Positions 43,545 through 53,630 are shown, counted from the first letter of the stretch. The stretch: 64,000 nucleotides of DNA from an uncultured bacterium (GCA_963784355.1 CAWAQU010000010.1:1-64000), one strand, 5' to 3'. A program made the numbers and translations. Notes: generated by a model from the sequence alone, not told the origin.

Positions 43545-44285
43545 ATGTTCATAGGCTTGGGTATTAATATTGTGAATTCAGCTTTAATCAAAGGTGAGTT
43601 TAAGCCTTCCGATATAACGGGTAATGCTCTTTGGCTGGACGCTGCTGATAGCTCAACACTCACGCTTAATGGTTCCAACGTTAGTCAGTGGAGTGATAAG
43701 TCAGGTAATAATCACCACTTTACTCAAGCAACAGGTACAGCTCAGCCAACTTACAGAACTGCTGGAATGAATGGCCTTAATACGTTGATGTTCAACGACT
43801 CATCTAGCGTGTTGACTAATAACACCTTACTTTCAGCGGCTAACTTCTCAAGCCAGCAAGCAACTATGTTTGCTGTATTCAAGCCGAATAGTGACTACAT
43901 GTATAGCATTACTTCAATAAGCCCGACTGTCGGTGGCTACTGGCGATATTACGACAATCTGTCTTACATATCTGAATTCAGAAATGTAAGGGTAGAGAGT
44001 GTTGATCTCAATATGCCAACAAATGGAGCGGCCATTGCCACATTTGTCTCTGGCGAAGCGGCGGATCCTTCCGGATATAAATTCCTACTTAACGGAATTC
44101 AGAAAATAGCTGTATATCCGAATTTCGGTTTGCCTGAAAACAAAGAAATGTTAATTGGTTATGACGTATTTTCACAATTCTACAATGGTGATGTTGCTGA
44201 AGTTGTCATATATAATCGTGCATTATCTGACGCTGAACGTGTACAAGTAGAGAATTACTTACAAGCAAAATGGGGAACCCTATAA
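43545..44285 (+). CDS. Putative head-spike fibre with LamG-like jelly-roll domain
   Basis: MFIGLGI N-terminal peptide; LWLDAAD..VSQWSDKSGN..TQAT..QP; GDVAEVVIYNRALSDAER..VENYL..KWG. Confidence 0.75.
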   Translation: MFIGLGINIVNSALIKGEFKPSDITGNALWLDAADSSTLTLNGSNVSQWSDKSGNNHHFTQATGTAQPTYRTAGMNGLNTLMFNDSSSVLTNNTLLSAANFSSQQATMFAVFKPNSDYMYSITSISPTVGGYWRYYDNLSYISEFRNVRVESVDLNMPTNGAAIATFVSGEAADPSGYKFLLNGIQKIAVYPNFGLPENKEMLIGYDVFSQFYNGDVAEVVIYNRALSDAERVQVENYLQAKWGTL

Positions 44286-44296
44286 ATTAAATCAAT

Positions 44297-44602
44297 ATGC
44301 CTTATCTAATATTCAATAACATCACCAATTTCAACACTTGGCACACCAAAGTCAAAAAATCTATTGGCCTACCGAAAGTCGGAGTCAATGCTGAAACAGG
44401 AGAACTCGAGCCTGAAGCACAAAAAACAACTGGCTATACACAAGCTATCAAGCATCCTAATACTACAGATTTAAGAGTTTTAGCCTTTGTAGGAGATGAT
44501 TTAGATAGCGAGCTAATAAGTGGTCTTACTTTAATAGATCAAGAAGAAGCTAAAAATCAGGGCTGGTTTCCGGCGATTGAAATGAATCAAATTGAACAAT
44601 AA
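44297..44602 (+). CDS. Hypothetical virion-associated or chaperone protein
   Basis: Follows the fibre gene; IKHP and EEA..QGWF motifs. Confidence 0.55.
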   Translation: MPYLIFNNITNFNTWHTKVKKSIGLPKVGVNAETGELEPEAQKTTGYTQAIKHPNTTDLRVLAFVGDDLDSELISGLTLIDQEEAKNQGWFPAIEMNQIEQ

Positions 44603-44607
44603 ATTTT

Positions 44608-45816
44608 ATGTCTTATACAAAATTACCAAATCTATTTCAAACTAACGAAATTGTAATCAATGGAGGGAAACATACCCAGGGTTGGAATAAAATGTCTGCA
44701 AGTGTAGCTATTGATTTTGGGTATACTGGAGATTTAATTTGTCCTTTTAACGGATGTGAAGTTAAAACTTACCCTGGTTCAGATGCTGGTACACAATCAT
44801 ATTTTTCTATCACTTTACCAGATGGTTCAGAAATTATTTGTGTACATGGATATCCTGTCAGAACAGGAAAATTTAATAAAGGTGAAGTAATTGGAAAATG
44901 TAGACACCACCATTGGCACCTTTCCATGATTGTTGATGGTAAGCTTGATTGTATTTTAAAATATTTAGATAGGGGCCTAAATATGTACTCAAACCCAGAC
45001 GCTAGTCTCTATGGAACTAGAGATCATGCTGATGGGAAGTGGTCCACTTATGAAGACAAAACATTATTATTACCTGATTCAGCAATTCCACAGCAGCCTC
45101 AACCTCAACCTCAACCTCAACCTGCTCCAGCACCTGTAAACCCACTGGATCAAATTAAGAGATTTGGTTGGGAAATCGTTGCACAAATCAAAGCTGCTCA
45201 TCCAGATTTTTATAATAATTGGCCACGAGCAGATGGAAATATTAATAACATGCCAAACGAAAACCCATATGTTTGGGTTAAAGAATTGTGTGACCAAATT
45301 GGCTGGAAAATAGAAGCCTTGATTAAACAAATCACTGAAAAAGATGACAAAATTAAAGAATTAACTACTGCAAATAAAAATTTAACTGATGGAATTGCTG
45401 GTCTTGAAGTAGATAAGAATGACTTGGAGACCAAAAATGATGGTTTAAAACTTAAAATAGATGAAAATAATGCAATTTATATAGCTCGAATTGACGAACT
45501 AAATGCTAAAATAAAGCAACTTGAAAATAATAAATCACCGTATCTCAGCAGAAAATTTTTAGTTGAGCTCACAAGCACTGCCACGGCTATTTATGCCGCA
45601 GTTTTGCCTTATTTACAAGGATTAGAATTAAAGTGGGATCCAAATTTGAATACACAAGAAAATCTTGCTAAGATTGCTGGTCAAGTTCTGTTATCAGTAT
45701 TGTCATACAGGGCAGTTAAAACAGCCTCAAATCAATATATTAAAACACAAGGTAATATTGACTTAGCTGAGAAAACTCAAACTCAGAGGAGACAAATAGA
45801 GGTAACTGGGGAATAA
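44608..45816 (+). CDS. M23-type endolysin, QP linker, coiled coil and C-terminal holin-like TM domain
   Basis: H..AIDF, CVHG, KGEVIG, HWHL; QPQPQP linker; SRKFL..two hydrophobic helices..YIKTQGNID. Confidence 0.65.
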   Translation: MSYTKLPNLFQTNEIVINGGKHTQGWNKMSASVAIDFGYTGDLICPFNGCEVKTYPGSDAGTQSYFSITLPDGSEIICVHGYPVRTGKFNKGEVIGKCRHHHWHLSMIVDGKLDCILKYLDRGLNMYSNPDASLYGTRDHADGKWSTYEDKTLLLPDSAIPQQPQPQPQPQPAPAPVNPLDQIKRFGWEIVAQIKAAHPDFYNNWPRADGNINNMPNENPYVWVKELCDQIGWKIEALIKQITEKDDKIKELTTANKNLTDGIAGLEVDKNDLETKNDGLKLKIDENNAIYIARIDELNAKIKQLENNKSPYLSRKFLVELTSTATAIYAAVLPYLQGLELKWDPNLNTQENLAKIAGQVLLSVLSYRAVKTASNQYIKTQGNIDLAEKTQTQRRQIEVTGE

Positions 45817-45832
45817 CGCATTATATTTAAAT

Positions 45833-47521
45833 ATGGCGACAATCAACATTACTACTAAAGATATTTTAAAAGTGGCAAAGGAGGCTGTTATATCTATAAA
45901 GCCTAGGGCTGATTACCTTGTGTCAGGTACAACCCTTATTCCAGGGGCAAATAGATTGGTGTTTACAGATAGTAATGGTACAGCGGTTGTTAATCTATAC
46001 GCTGGTGATTATACTGGGTCTATAGAATCTAAAAGTTTCCTTTTTACTGTACCTGCTGGGGAAGGTACTCACAACCTTATTGATTTACTACAAATAGAAA
46101 ATCAAAATTATAACGCTCAGTGGGTTACACTTTTTAACTCTTTTAATGTCAAAGATTATGGAGCTAAAGGAGATAATACTACAGATGATACAACTTCAAT
46201 TCAATCAGCTTTAACTGCTTGCACTAATGCAGGTGGTGGCACCGTGTTATTGCCAAAAGGCACGTATATTGTAAACCCCAATATTGGCCTAACTATAGGG
46301 TCAAATACAATAGTAAGGGGAGATGGCTCAGCAACTATAAAAGTTAAAAATGCAACAAATTTGGACGGTAACTTACTAAAGGTTGAAAACCGAACCAATG
46401 TAAAAATCCACAATCTAACACTTGACGGTAATAAATCAGGTCAGACGGCGGGTACAAACTACGGTTTATATATATCAGCCTCTAAATTATCCTTTGTTGA
46501 GAACGTTAGAGCATACAATTTTAGTGGGGTTGGTATACAAATATACAACTGCGATGATTGTACCGTGATTTCTTCAATTAGCGAAAATAACGGTTACCAT
46601 GGCTTTGAAATTGAGCAGTGCCGTGATGTCGTAGTCACTGGTAATATATCTTTTAGCAATGCTAGACATGGGTTTTATTTAGCACCAGGGGAAATATCAG
46701 GCACTGGTAGCAAGTATTGTATTATTAGTAACAATATTGCCAGAAATAATCTACAGTATGGTATTAGTGTGGGTATTTCAGTGATTGGTAGTATTTACCT
46801 AACCCAGGCTTGTGAAATATCAGGTAACCAAATATATGAAAATAGCCACTACGGAATAAGTCTATACAGGCAAGATCAGCAGATTGTAACTAATAATATT
46901 ATTAGGAATAATGGCTATTCAGGTATTTATTTATACCAGTCAGGTCTAAACAAAATAGAAAGTAACTTTTTGCAAAATAATTCAGCAGCATTGAATGCTG
47001 GCTACGACGAAATTCAAATTGAAGGTGGAAGTGATGGAGTGGGAAGTCAAAATAATACTATAAACTACAATACAATTGTAACAAACGGTACAAACAAAGC
47101 CAGGTATGCAATCCGTGAAGCCCATAGTCTTGATAGTAACAATGTTATAGCATACAACACAATTTTTGACACCCCAGCAACGGGGTTATTTTTAGTCAAT
47201 TCAAAAGTTCTAGAACTTAAAAGCGGGAAACTGCAAAGTAGTGGAATTATGCAAACTAATAGTGGCAGTGGTTCTGCGGTGGACACAGGATATTTCGGTA
47301 TAGATGGAGAGTTTGGAATTGCGAGACTAGTGAATAACAAAGGCAATGTTAACACTCAGTATGTAAATGTAGGTTCAGGTCAACAACAATTTTGGGTGAA
47401 CGGTAACCAAAGGATGACAATAAAAACAAACACAATTAATATAGCTAATTTACCAACTACGGCCACTGGGTTATCGGCAGGTGATCTATGGAACTCAGCA
47501 GGAACTTTAAGAATAGTATAA
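45833..47521 (+). CDS. Tailspike/fibre with pectate-lyase-3 and right-handed beta-helix (depolymerase-like)
   Basis: FNVKDYGAKGD.TTDDT..IQ.A..GGGTVLLPKGTY; PbH1-like repeats. Confidence 0.85.
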   Translation: MATINITTKDILKVAKEAVISIKPRADYLVSGTTLIPGANRLVFTDSNGTAVVNLYAGDYTGSIESKSFLFTVPAGEGTHNLIDLLQIENQNYNAQWVTLFNSFNVKDYGAKGDNTTDDTTSIQSALTACTNAGGGTVLLPKGTYIVNPNIGLTIGSNTIVRGDGSATIKVKNATNLDGNLLKVENRTNVKIHNLTLDGNKSGQTAGTNYGLYISASKLSFVENVRAYNFSGVGIQIYNCDDCTVISSISENNGYHGFEIEQCRDVVVTGNISFSNARHGFYLAPGEISGTGSKYCIISNNIARNNLQYGISVGISVIGSIYLTQACEISGNQIYENSHYGISLYRQDQQIVTNNIIRNNGYSGIYLYQSGLNKIESNFLQNNSAALNAGYDEIQIEGGSDGVGSQNNTINYNTIVTNGTNKARYAIREAHSLDSNNVIAYNTIFDTPATGLFLVNSKVLELKSGKLQSSGIMQTNSGSGSAVDTGYFGIDGEFGIARLVNNKGNVNTQYVNVGSGQQQFWVNGNQRMTIKTNTINIANLPTTATGLSAGDLWNSAGTLRIV

Positions 47522-47522
47522 T

Positions 47523-47807
47523 ATGGATACAGCAATTTTCACAGCAGTGTTTGGAGCTTTAAGCAGTATGGGAGTTGCTGTTTGGCTTTTTATTAGAAGC
47601 GAGCTAAAAGCCCGTGATCAAAAACTTGATAGCCAAGGAGAAAAAATTCTTAATTTAACCGCAAAAGTTGCAGTGCTTGAGACTAAGGATGACCTGTCTA
47701 ATAAGCTTACAAATGTGATTGAAAAAATGGATAAAAAATTGGATGTGATTTTGGAAACAAAAGTAGAAAAAAGGTTAAAGAAAAGGACAACTACAACTAC
47801 AACGTAA
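47523..47807 (+). CDS. Single-TM coiled-coil protein (lysis accessory or holin-like)
   Basis: N-terminal TM, coiled coil, basic tail. Confidence 0.55.
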   Translation: MDTAIFTAVFGALSSMGVAVWLFIRSELKARDQKLDSQGEKILNLTAKVAVLETKDDLSNKLTNVIEKMDKKLDVILETKVEKRLKKRTTTTTT

Positions 47808-47820
47808 ATAAAATTAAGAT

Positions 47821-49212
47821 ATGCCGAAAAACGATATTTTCCAGTCAGTCAAAGACACAATTCAAGTACTACTTAGCCAAGGAATTAGTGCAACCCAGTA
47901 TTCACCTGAAAATAAGGGTTTGGATTGGAATGAGTATGAGGCTATTAGGAAAACTAACTCTATTGTTAGAAAGTTAGTCATTAATAGGAAAAGTATTGTT
48001 GGAGCAAATGGCTGGAACATACATTGTAGCCTGTATAGAAGTGAGAAAAAAAATGACTTTTTAGCCAGTGAAATTTATTATAGGCTACAAAACAGTATTA
48101 AAATTGATAAATTGAAATCTCAATTTGCTGCACTAACAGGGACATATGGTAACTGTTACGGTATTTTTGATAAAGATAACTTACCAATAGTTAAAACTCC
48201 AGACAATTTTGAGCAATATTATGACTATGTAAATGAAAAAAGTATCAAGTATGCAATGAAGATTGACGGGAGGGAGCAACGTGGTGCCTTGGGTAATTTT
48301 CAGGAGGGTGTTGATATTTTTCACTTTAAAGACCAGCTGACTAGCCACCAAAGTTATGCCGACAGTCCAATTGATTCATGCTACGGGTGGATTTTGTTGT
48401 ATGAGCACGCTTTGCAAATCAATAATAATATGATTAGCGGGGGGTCAATTGGCACTCTTGTTGCTCTTTTTGAAAAAGAGTATGGGGAGTATTTAAATGA
48501 AAAAGATGACAAGGGGGTATATAATGGTGAAAAAATACTTAAAGCATTTAGGGAAAAAATTGGTGGTGCAGTTCAGTATTTTACTGGTCAAAGAATCAAT
48601 AAGCAAGCACAAAGTCACAAATTAGCTTTTTTGACAGGTGCTAAGGAGCTATTAGAGCTAGGACGTACCAATCAAGACATGCAATTGTCTGAATTAATTG
48701 AAAAAGCTGAATCTGCAATTTATAGTGCTTTTGGAGAAACTAAAACTACTGAAAACACCACCTACTCAAATGCTAAAACCTTCAATTACCAGCTTTATGA
48801 TTTGATTGGCAGAGATGCAGAGGAACATTTTGCTGACTATGTGAACACTTTTTTACTGCCCCATTATGGTATGGAGACGGGTAAAGACTTATATTTTAGT
48901 TTTGATCCAGCTGTCGATCCTGACGAAACGGAAAATAAAAACTTCCTGTTAGCAATGACTGATAAAGCAATGAATTACTCCACTAATAAAACTTTCAAAG
49001 CTAAAGTATATAATGAATTGAGGGATAAGGTAGGGTTGGAGCCTATTGATGAAAGTCTATTTGAAACTGATGAGGTGGCTGTAGGTGGCAGAGTTATTGA
49101 AGCCAAATCTGTAGAAAGTTTTGCTAATAGCCAAACTCCAATTGAAAAAGCTTTGGCCAGCCGTGATTATTTTAGATTGGAAGCTGATTCCAAAAACCTA
49201 AAAAAAAACTGA
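47821..49212 (+). CDS. Portal protein
   Basis: Position; size; YGNCY, IFHFK, SP, DMQL.E, NELR..GLEPID. Confidence 0.75.
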   Translation: MPKNDIFQSVKDTIQVLLSQGISATQYSPENKGLDWNEYEAIRKTNSIVRKLVINRKSIVGANGWNIHCSLYRSEKKNDFLASEIYYRLQNSIKIDKLKSQFAALTGTYGNCYGIFDKDNLPIVKTPDNFEQYYDYVNEKSIKYAMKIDGREQRGALGNFQEGVDIFHFKDQLTSHQSYADSPIDSCYGWILLYEHALQINNNMISGGSIGTLVALFEKEYGEYLNEKDDKGVYNGEKILKAFREKIGGAVQYFTGQRINKQAQSHKLAFLTGAKELLELGRTNQDMQLSELIEKAESAIYSAFGETKTTENTTYSNAKTFNYQLYDLIGRDAEEHFADYVNTFLLPHYGMETGKDLYFSFDPAVDPDETENKNFLLAMTDKAMNYSTNKTFKAKVYNELRDKVGLEPIDESLFETDEVAVGGRVIEAKSVESFANSQTPIEKALASRDYFRLEADSKNLKKN

Positions 49213-49223
49213 AAAAAGGGTTT

Positions 49224-49931
49224 TTGCCAGCATGGGAAACAGCTTTAAGTAAGCAATTGGACGCTTATATTGCCAAATTAAGCAAATACGACAGCGTAGA
49301 CGACGCTTTAGGGAATTTAAGTAAAGACTTCCCAAAGATTGAAACTTTTTACAGTTTCACTGCACTTAAAAAAGACTTATTGAAATTTGCTGACATTGCT
49401 ATTGATGAGGTATTAAGGACAAAAGAAAATTTTGCTGAACAAGATATTTTTGAATACCCACAAGTTATTTTAGATGTTATTGACGCTAAAACCAAGGCTT
49501 TACTACAAGGTATTGAGAGCTTAGATAATGATCAGATGAAATTTATCCCTTCCTATTTAAAAAATTATAAAGGGTTAGATTTAGAAACTTCGGCCCAAGT
49601 TAATACAATTATAAAAAATAATGCTTCAGAAGGGCTAGATGAGGTTATTAAAATTTTAAGTGCTTCAATAAGTGAGTTAGCTAAAAATCGGGCCACAATG
49701 ATTGCAGAAACTGAGGTTGGATATGCAGTTGAGGAGTCTAGGTTTCATTTATATTTAAAAGAAGAATATAAATTTGAAAAATGGTTGACTGTTAAAGATG
49801 AAACCACTTGCTCGATTTGTAAAGGGCGATCGGCCGCTGGGGTTGTAGCAATTGGCACGTATAGCTATAATGCCCACCCACAAGATAGATGCACTAAAAT
49901 TTACGGGAAAAACAAAGAGGATATAAGTTAA
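49224..49931 (+). CDS. Minor head/MuF-like morphogenesis protein, in the -1 frame relative to portal
   Basis: RA.MIAETE, KW.T..DE.TC.IC, HPQDRC. Confidence 0.8.
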   Translation: MPAWETALSKQLDAYIAKLSKYDSVDDALGNLSKDFPKIETFYSFTALKKDLLKFADIAIDEVLRTKENFAEQDIFEYPQVILDVIDAKTKALLQGIESLDNDQMKFIPSYLKNYKGLDLETSAQVNTIIKNNASEGLDEVIKILSASISELAKNRATMIAETEVGYAVEESRFHLYLKEEYKFEKWLTVKDETTCSICKGRSAAGVVAIGTYSYNAHPQDRCTKIYGKNKEDIS

Positions 49932-50153
49932 CCAATATCAATTGGGATTACTTTAATAGTCATCGTGCAATTTTCAGAATTAGACTCAACCGTCGTAACA
50001 AGTACGGGCAATTTTTCCTTTTCGGTCATTTTTCAAACAAAGCACAACTTATTTTTTTTGTAAATTTTGGTTTGGTAAATGACAAACTATATTTTGACCT
50101 GAGTTACCGACCAATCCAGCAAATACGGTGTTTATATTAAAATAAGCACCTGT

Positions 50154-50195
50154 TTTGCTTTGGTGTTGGTAAAAGCAAGCTGCAGGGTATAGAAT
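50154..50195 (+). promoter_or_regulatory. Late promoter motif, copy 2 (33-bp element plus TAGAAT -10)
   Basis: Near-identical to 43137-43178; preceded by a terminator-like hairpin GGTGTTTAT..ATAAGCACC at 50127-50150. Confidence 0.7.
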
Positions 50196-50219
50196 ATATA
50201 TGATTAATCAAGAAAATAT

Positions 50220-51260
50220 ATGTATCATATTGAGAAATTCGCAACAGGTGAGGGAACTAATGGGGTCAAAGTTAAATTTGAATTTACGCCTCATAATAAT
50301 ACTAATGGGGTGTATTTTAACCCTTTATCTGTTTTCAAGCCAACTCCAGTCAAAACCAGTAATAAAAATCACGAAGATAACTACGAAATATTTTCAGACG
50401 GTACCGAAATGAGTTTAAGCGAGGCTAAAGTAGATGGTGATGTTTTGAAATATGACGCCGAATACATAACTACAAATAAGGCTGCCATTGAAGTAATTAC
50501 AGGCGAAAACTTTTCTGGTTTTTCACCTGAATTAATCTCTAAGAGTACTCCAGTGCCTCACAAAAAAGCAGTTCCAAGGTTTTATAAGGACGGAGCTTTG
50601 ACGGTTAGAAGTTGGTCAATATTAGAAGGAAAAAATCCAAGTTTCAAAGGTGCTGGTGACGTACAAATTGAAACTTTTTCAGAAAATAGCCCAATGGTAA
50701 TTATAGAGGAGTTTGCAGATGATAGTGAAACTAAAACCCCTGAGACCGCCACACAAGAGGCCCCAGCTGTAGAAAAACCAGCTGAAGCACCTGAAGTAAA
50801 AACCAGTGAGAGTGAAAAACCTAAGGAGCAGGAGAATTTTTATAGTTATTGCAACGTTGGTGAGTATGTTAAAGTTACTAGCACTAAACAAGTTGGTAAA
50901 ATTATCAAAATTGAACAGTTAGAAGGTGGCATACAAAATATAACATTAAAAACATTAGATAATAGTGAGGTAATTATTTCAGACAACCAAAATAATGACA
51001 CAAGAATTTTAGCTTACATAACTACAAGTGATATAATGGAGTATTTAATTAATAAAAATGTTGAGAGCTTTTCTGAAGAGGACGAGGAAGATACAAAAAC
51101 AAATAAAATCATTGAAAACTTTGACCAAAATTTGAAAACGACCGCAATGGCTAACGCTGCTAATTCTAAAAAAGTATCAAAGCAAGATGCTGTTGATAAT
51201 GACGAGGAAAAAGAGCATTTGGCAGACGCAGGTTGGAAAAAACTAGGTAAGAAAAAATAA
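50220..51260 (+). CDS. Prohead protease/scaffold (putative)
   Basis: Directly before the capsid gene; NH and GFSPE motifs; acidic low-complexity linker. Confidence 0.55.
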   Translation: MYHIEKFATGEGTNGVKVKFEFTPHNNTNGVYFNPLSVFKPTPVKTSNKNHEDNYEIFSDGTEMSLSEAKVDGDVLKYDAEYITTNKAAIEVITGENFSGFSPELISKSTPVPHKKAVPRFYKDGALTVRSWSILEGKNPSFKGAGDVQIETFSENSPMVIIEEFADDSETKTPETATQEAPAVEKPAEAPEVKTSESEKPKEQENFYSYCNVGEYVKVTSTKQVGKIIKIEQLEGGIQNITLKTLDNSEVIISDNQNNDTRILAYITTSDIMEYLINKNVESFSEEDEEDTKTNKIIENFDQNLKTTAMANAANSKKVSKQDAVDNDEEKEHLADAGWKKLGKKK

Positions 51261-51277
51261 CACTATTTATATATTAT

Positions 51278-52528
51278 ATGGCTGACGGTAGCAATCTAAC
51301 AACACAACAACAATTAAACGGTTCTGACTTTTTAGTTGAAACATTTTCTAGTTTAGAGAATGGAGCATTGAGCTTAAACGAAGTTAAAAATAGAATAATA
51401 AACAGAAATGATGTAGACGACAAGTTTACTGCATTAATTGAAGCACAAATCGTTGCACATGAAACTAAGCATGGTAATGGCTATCTTGAAGCTTTCAATG
51501 ATGTAATTAGCTCAGAATTTGACTTACCCGCTACTAAAAGAATTGAGGTACTTTCAAAAGATGAATTTGAAGCAGTAAAAGAAGACTTTGCACAAACTGT
51601 AAATACAACTTCAGGAGGCTTTGTAGCTTTACCCCAAATTGCAAAAACTAATTTCACAAACTTACTTGATGATATTTTCTATGAATCATCTATTTTGGCT
51701 GATTGTACTTTATACCCCGATGGTCCTGACAATGAAGAGGTTAGAGTTGTAACTAACACACGATCTGCGGTTACAGGTAATGAAACTGTGGCTGGTGTTT
51801 ATGCTGACAATACTGTTGATGCTGAAACGTTGAATCCAAACAGAGTTAGAATTGTAGACGTTCAAGAAGTTACTAGAAACTTTCAAGAAACTTCTAACGC
51901 TGTTGATAGTGGAACCATGGTTAACATGATGTTGAGGAGTTGTATTAATCAAGCTGAAACCAACTTAGTTGGTGCAGTAGCAACCGCAGTGCCAGCAGGC
52001 CGTGACGGTGTTGTATACCCAATTTTGAATGCTTTGGCTTCAACTGGTACAAACAAAGGGGCTTTAGTAGTGCCTTTAGTTACTGTAGGTGTAACAAACC
52101 ATGTTGACGCAATTAACTACCTTACAGGTCAACTACCTGTATATGATTTATCAGACTTAGACAAATATAAAGTTTATGGAAACTGGTTTACAATTAACAC
52201 AATTCTAAGAACTTTGGATGCAAACACACAATACTACTTTGACAAAGAAACTAAGCAGATAAAATCAGTTCTTATAGATGCTGCGATGAAAATCTTAAGT
52301 GCTACTCCTAACTACAGAATTTTAGTGGCTAATATGAAGAGAATGAGAGTCAAGAGATTGAGAGCTATCAAATTTGAGAGCAGAATTTCCTCACTAAAAG
52401 ACAATAAAGCTGAGTTGTGTGTAGACACTTTCTTGGACGCATTGCCTACTTTTGCTTACAAAGCAATTCCGACTAAGAACGAATTTAGAACAGCAGTATT
52501 GGAAGCTGACAATAACTACGTAAGTTAA
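51278..52528 (+). CDS. Major capsid protein (HK97-fold, putative)
   Basis: Position; size; TTSGGFVALP..ESSIL pattern after a delta-like N-terminus. Confidence 0.7.
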   Translation: MADGSNLTTQQQLNGSDFLVETFSSLENGALSLNEVKNRIINRNDVDDKFTALIEAQIVAHETKHGNGYLEAFNDVISSEFDLPATKRIEVLSKDEFEAVKEDFAQTVNTTSGGFVALPQIAKTNFTNLLDDIFYESSILADCTLYPDGPDNEEVRVVTNTRSAVTGNETVAGVYADNTVDAETLNPNRVRIVDVQEVTRNFQETSNAVDSGTMVNMMLRSCINQAETNLVGAVATAVPAGRDGVVYPILNALASTGTNKGALVVPLVTVGVTNHVDAINYLTGQLPVYDLSDLDKYKVYGNWFTINTILRTLDANTQYYFDKETKQIKSVLIDAAMKILSATPNYRILVANMKRMRVKRLRAIKFESRISSLKDNKAELCVDTFLDALPTFAYKAIPTKNEFRTAVLEADNNYVS

Positions 52529-52533
52529 TATTT

Positions 52534-52986
52534 ATGACTTCTAAATTAAACCTTGTACTAAACAAAACCTTGAGCTTATTGGCAGCTCAAGGTTGCAGCT
52601 TCGAGGAATTAACTGAAGCTTATCAAGAATTTGAAAAAGAAAACTCTGGTAAAATAAAAAAGCTTAAATTAACTAAAGCCGAATTTATCAAGGAAGAAAA
52701 ACAACGGGTTAAAGACCAAACTGAAGCTGAGGAAAAAGAATTAAATGAGCTAAACGAGGCTAATTACTTTGGTTTCAGTACAGTTGAAGCTTATAAAAAC
52801 TGGTTAGGAAGCGATAATTTCAAGCAGTGGAGGAAAACCGACGATGGCAAAATTCACATTGATAGAATTGAAATTGTAGAAATTGGTGAGGAAGATGAGG
52901 AGGAAGAGCTAAACCCAGAAACAGATATTCCTTTGGACACACCAAACGAAAACCCTGAAACTGACGAAACTAAAAATAATGAATAA
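52534..52986 (+). CDS. Hypothetical acidic protein
   Basis: ORF track. Confidence 0.6.
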   Translation: MTSKLNLVLNKTLSLLAAQGCSFEELTEAYQEFEKENSGKIKKLKLTKAEFIKEEKQRVKDQTEAEEKELNELNEANYFGFSTVEAYKNWLGSDNFKQWRKTDDGKIHIDRIEIVEIGEEDEEEELNPETDIPLDTPNENPETDETKNNE

Positions 52987-52988
52987 CA

Positions 52989-53630
52989 ATGCCAATTTTC
53001 AACAAAAGCCAAATTCAAAACGATTTAAATATTACAGACTCACTTCAGTCAAGTTATTTGAGCCGCATTTTGGCTTTTGTTGAAGCCTTTCTTGAAGTTA
53101 ATGGGATAAGTTTTTATACTTCCACCTCTAGTTTTACAGTTGAAACTTTGGCTGGTTATAGCGAGGGAAGGACAATTTTTCCTGTAAAATATTTCAAACA
53201 AGTTGAAAGTGGAAAACCACTAAAAATTAAAAGCTTTAGCAACCCAACTTATAGCAAAACACTTGCTGCTACAGATTATAGTCTAAGCAAACATAGGTTT
53301 AAACCTAACCCTATATACTACATAGAGCTGAATGAGCCAATATATACAGATTATTATTTAGAAATTGAAGCTATTTGGGGGTTTTGTGATGAGGCAGATT
53401 TTCAAAAATATATGGCTGAGTTAGATTTTGAAATTTTCGAGTTTATTTTAGAGTCAATGAACAGATTCATTGTTAACACAAATCTTAAAAATAATGGTGG
53501 CAATGAAATTACTAGCTCTGAAATTGGTAAAGTTAAAGTTACTTTCAAACCCTCCCAAACAAATTCTAATAAAGAGCTTAAGCTAAGCTCAAAAATCCAA
53601 TCAATTATTAATAAATATAGCCTAAAGTAA
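52989..53630 (+). CDS. Head-tail adaptor
   Basis: Position; EITSSEIGKVKVTF..IINKY C-terminal motif. Confidence 0.7.
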   Translation: MPIFNKSQIQNDLNITDSLQSSYLSRILAFVEAFLEVNGISFYTSTSSFTVETLAGYSEGRTIFPVKYFKQVESGKPLKIKSFSNPTYSKTLAATDYSLSKHRFKPNPIYYIELNEPIYTDYYLEIEAIWGFCDEADFQKYMAELDFEIFEFILESMNRFIVNTNLKNNGGNEITSSEIGKVKVTFKPSQTNSNKELKLSSKIQSIINKYSLK

